Source: a virus (taxonomy: Duplodnaviria > Caudoviricetes). From it: 32,402 nucleotides of DNA. Below are positions 31,037-32,402 of this stretch, piece by piece. Below the pieces are notes generated by a model. The model had not been told where the DNA came from, did no database searches, and saw only the letters and a program-made list of their open reading frames with translations. Position 1 is the first letter of the stretch. Each line of letters begins with the position of its first letter. The position numbers and the translations under genes are program-made. Location of the stretch: IMG/VR virus record IMGVR_UViG_3300048835_000060, positions 1-32,402 of that record; one strand, 5' to 3'.

Positions 31037-31704
31037 TGGAAGGCAAGCTCTGCACCAAGTGCGCGCGGCTCCTGCCGCGAGATGCGTTCAGGCCGCGCCC
31101 AGAGCGTGGCCCGAACGCGCTGCACTCGTGGTGCCGGGAGTGCCTGAACGCGCATCGACAGTCGCGCCGCGTGTCGGCAACGCCTGACGAGAAGGAGCGC
31201 GCGCTCGCGCTCGCGCGCCAATGGAAGCGCGACAACCGCCAGCGGAACAGGGCTGCGAAGCGTGCGTGGGAGGCCGCCAACCCGGAGAAGGTGAAGGCGT
31301 ACACGCAGCGGGTTCAGCGCAAATGGCGCGAGGCGAACGTCGAACTCGCGCGTGAGCGCGTGTTGGCCTCGAAGCGCAAGAAGCCGGACTACTACCGCGA
31401 GCAGCAGCGGCAGATTCAGAAGCGCGACGCGCACAAGTACCGCGCCAAGTACAAGGAGTACATGGCGACGAAGCGCGGCGCCACGCCACCGTGGTTCGAC
31501 AAGGTGCTGGTCGAAGAGGCCTATCACCTGGCGCAGTTGCGGACAAAGGCGACCGGCTTTCAGTGGCACGTCGATCACATCGTGCCGCTGCAGTCAACGA
31601 TCGTCTGCGGGCTGCACACGATAGAGAACCTGCAGGTGATCCCCGGTGCCTTGAACATCTCGAAGGGTAACCGGCACTGGCCGCAGATGCCGGGGGAGAG
31701 GTGA
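31036..31704 (+). CDS. HNH endonuclease with N-terminal CxxC zinc motifs
   Basis: CTKC...WCREC, basic helical linker, ATPPW, WHVDHIVPLQ...VCGLH...NLQVI....N..KGN; TAATG overlap. Confidence 0.9.
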   Translation: MEGKLCTKCARLLPRDAFRPRPERGPNALHSWCRECLNAHRQSRRVSATPDEKERALALARQWKRDNRQRNRAAKRAWEAANPEKVKAYTQRVQRKWREANVELARERVLASKRKKPDYYREQQRQIQKRDAHKYRAKYKEYMATKRGATPPWFDKVLVEEAYHLAQLRTKATGFQWHVDHIVPLQSTIVCGLHTIENLQVIPGALNISKGNRHWPQMPGER

Positions 31705-31707
31705 CCG

Positions 31708-32112
31708 ATGCGCCTGGCTGACCTGCCGGCCGAGACGCTGCGCGCGACGTCCGATGCCGACGCGCCGCTGCGGCTGATCCAGCTCGGCAGTTGGGTCATC
31801 GTCAGGCCCGAGGCAATCACGATGCTGCGCGCGATCGACAAGGTCGTGGAGGTGTACACGCACGCCGGCTATGTCGGCGCGCTCACGGCGATGTCGCTGC
31901 TCCGGATGGTCGATCGCTATCGGCAGTTCGACTGGGTGCTGCTGTCCCGTGCGGCGGCTGCCAAGCGGTCGGCGATCCTGCGGATCGATCACGCGCCGGC
32001 CGGGAAGAAGGTGGTTCGGGCGGCGCGCGTCGCAGGCGTTGCCGAACCCGTTGTGATTTCAAGGCGCCACTGGATGCCGGTGCGCGCGCAACTGCTTGGA
32101 GGTAGACCATGA
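31708..32112 (+). CDS. Stand-alone LytTR-like DNA-binding domain protein
   Basis: EAITMLRAIDKVVEVYT, SL..M, SRAAAAKRSAI.RI and EPVVISRRH...VR follow the LytTR (AlgR-type) pattern; no receiver domain. Confidence 0.65.
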   Translation: MRLADLPAETLRATSDADAPLRLIQLGSWVIVRPEAITMLRAIDKVVEVYTHAGYVGALTAMSLLRMVDRYRQFDWVLLSRAAAAKRSAILRIDHAPAGKKVVRAARVAGVAEPVVISRRHWMPVRAQLLGGRP

Positions 32113-32402
32113 CCCTCGTCGAAGCGATCACGAACCTGACGGCCCTCGTCACCCAGATGGCGCAGGCCCAGCAGGCAACCGGGATGACGGCCGAGCAGGC
32201 GGCGCTGCTGCAACAGGTGTCGGCCGATATGGCGGCGCTCAAGTCTACGCAGCAGACGGTGCTTGGCACGCTCAACACGCATACCGAGCAATTGTCGGGC
32301 CTGTCTCAGCAGTTGCAGGCGAACAGCGCCGCCGACCAGGCGAACGCAGCAGCCGACAAGGCGTTGCGCGACGCGATCGGCGACACGTCGCAGCTCGGGT
32401 GA
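32109..32402 (+). CDS. Coiled-coil Ala/Gln-rich hypothetical protein
   Basis: GGAGG RBS, ATGA overlap, heptad pattern; stop codon coincides with the window end. Confidence 0.65.
   Translation: MTLVEAITNLTALVTQMAQAQQATGMTAEQAALLQQVSADMAALKSTQQTVLGTLNTHTEQLSGLSQQLQANSAADQANAAADKALRDAIGDTSQLG

Noticed and set aside
13836-31710. Shared GTGACCGATG at the 3' ends of two HNH genes (13837-13846 on the minus strand and 31701-31710)
   Set aside because: Short stop-spacer-start string that can arise by chance in GC-rich coupled operons; the two HNHs belong to different subfamilies.
1-32402. tRNA, rRNA, CRISPR arrays, IS transposases
   Set aside because: None recognised by eye; intergenic space is minimal. 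tRNAscan/Infernal were not run, so small RNAs cannot be excluded.

Overview
GC-rich tailed-phage DNA with lambdoid/HK97-like organisation. The host is probably a proteobacterium (two-component spanins, lipoproteins; Betaproteobacteria is only a guess). The window looks like most of a circularly permuted genome, and most neighbouring genes are translationally coupled (ATGA/TGATG overlaps). In order: the 3' part of a tail tip/host-specificity gene and a fibre chaperone; a lysis cassette (two membrane proteins, GH108 endolysin, Rz with embedded Rz1); a long leftward early operon (xis-like, many small accessory genes, J-domain protein, YqaJ exonuclease plus a putative annealing protein); a divergent control region with four 17-bp operators; cro; a primase-helicase; a DUF1376-type initiator with iterons; RusA; a Q-like regulator; a packaging HNH; terminase, portal, S49 protease and major capsid. 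Most notable observations: (1) a secreted protein resembling exactly the C-terminal four-strand half of the lipid A deacylase PagL, with the His-Ser-Glu triad kept; (2) five extra HNH endonucleases, at least three flanked by recoded duplicates of the terminus of the gene they landed in; (3) operator pairs joined back-to-back with no repressor gene and no integrase in the window; (4) accessory genes bounded by short direct repeats at RBS/start junctions; (5) a virion-type protein carrying a Sec signal peptide and a stand-alone LytTR domain in the head operon. All family assignments come from motif recognition by eye; no searches were run.
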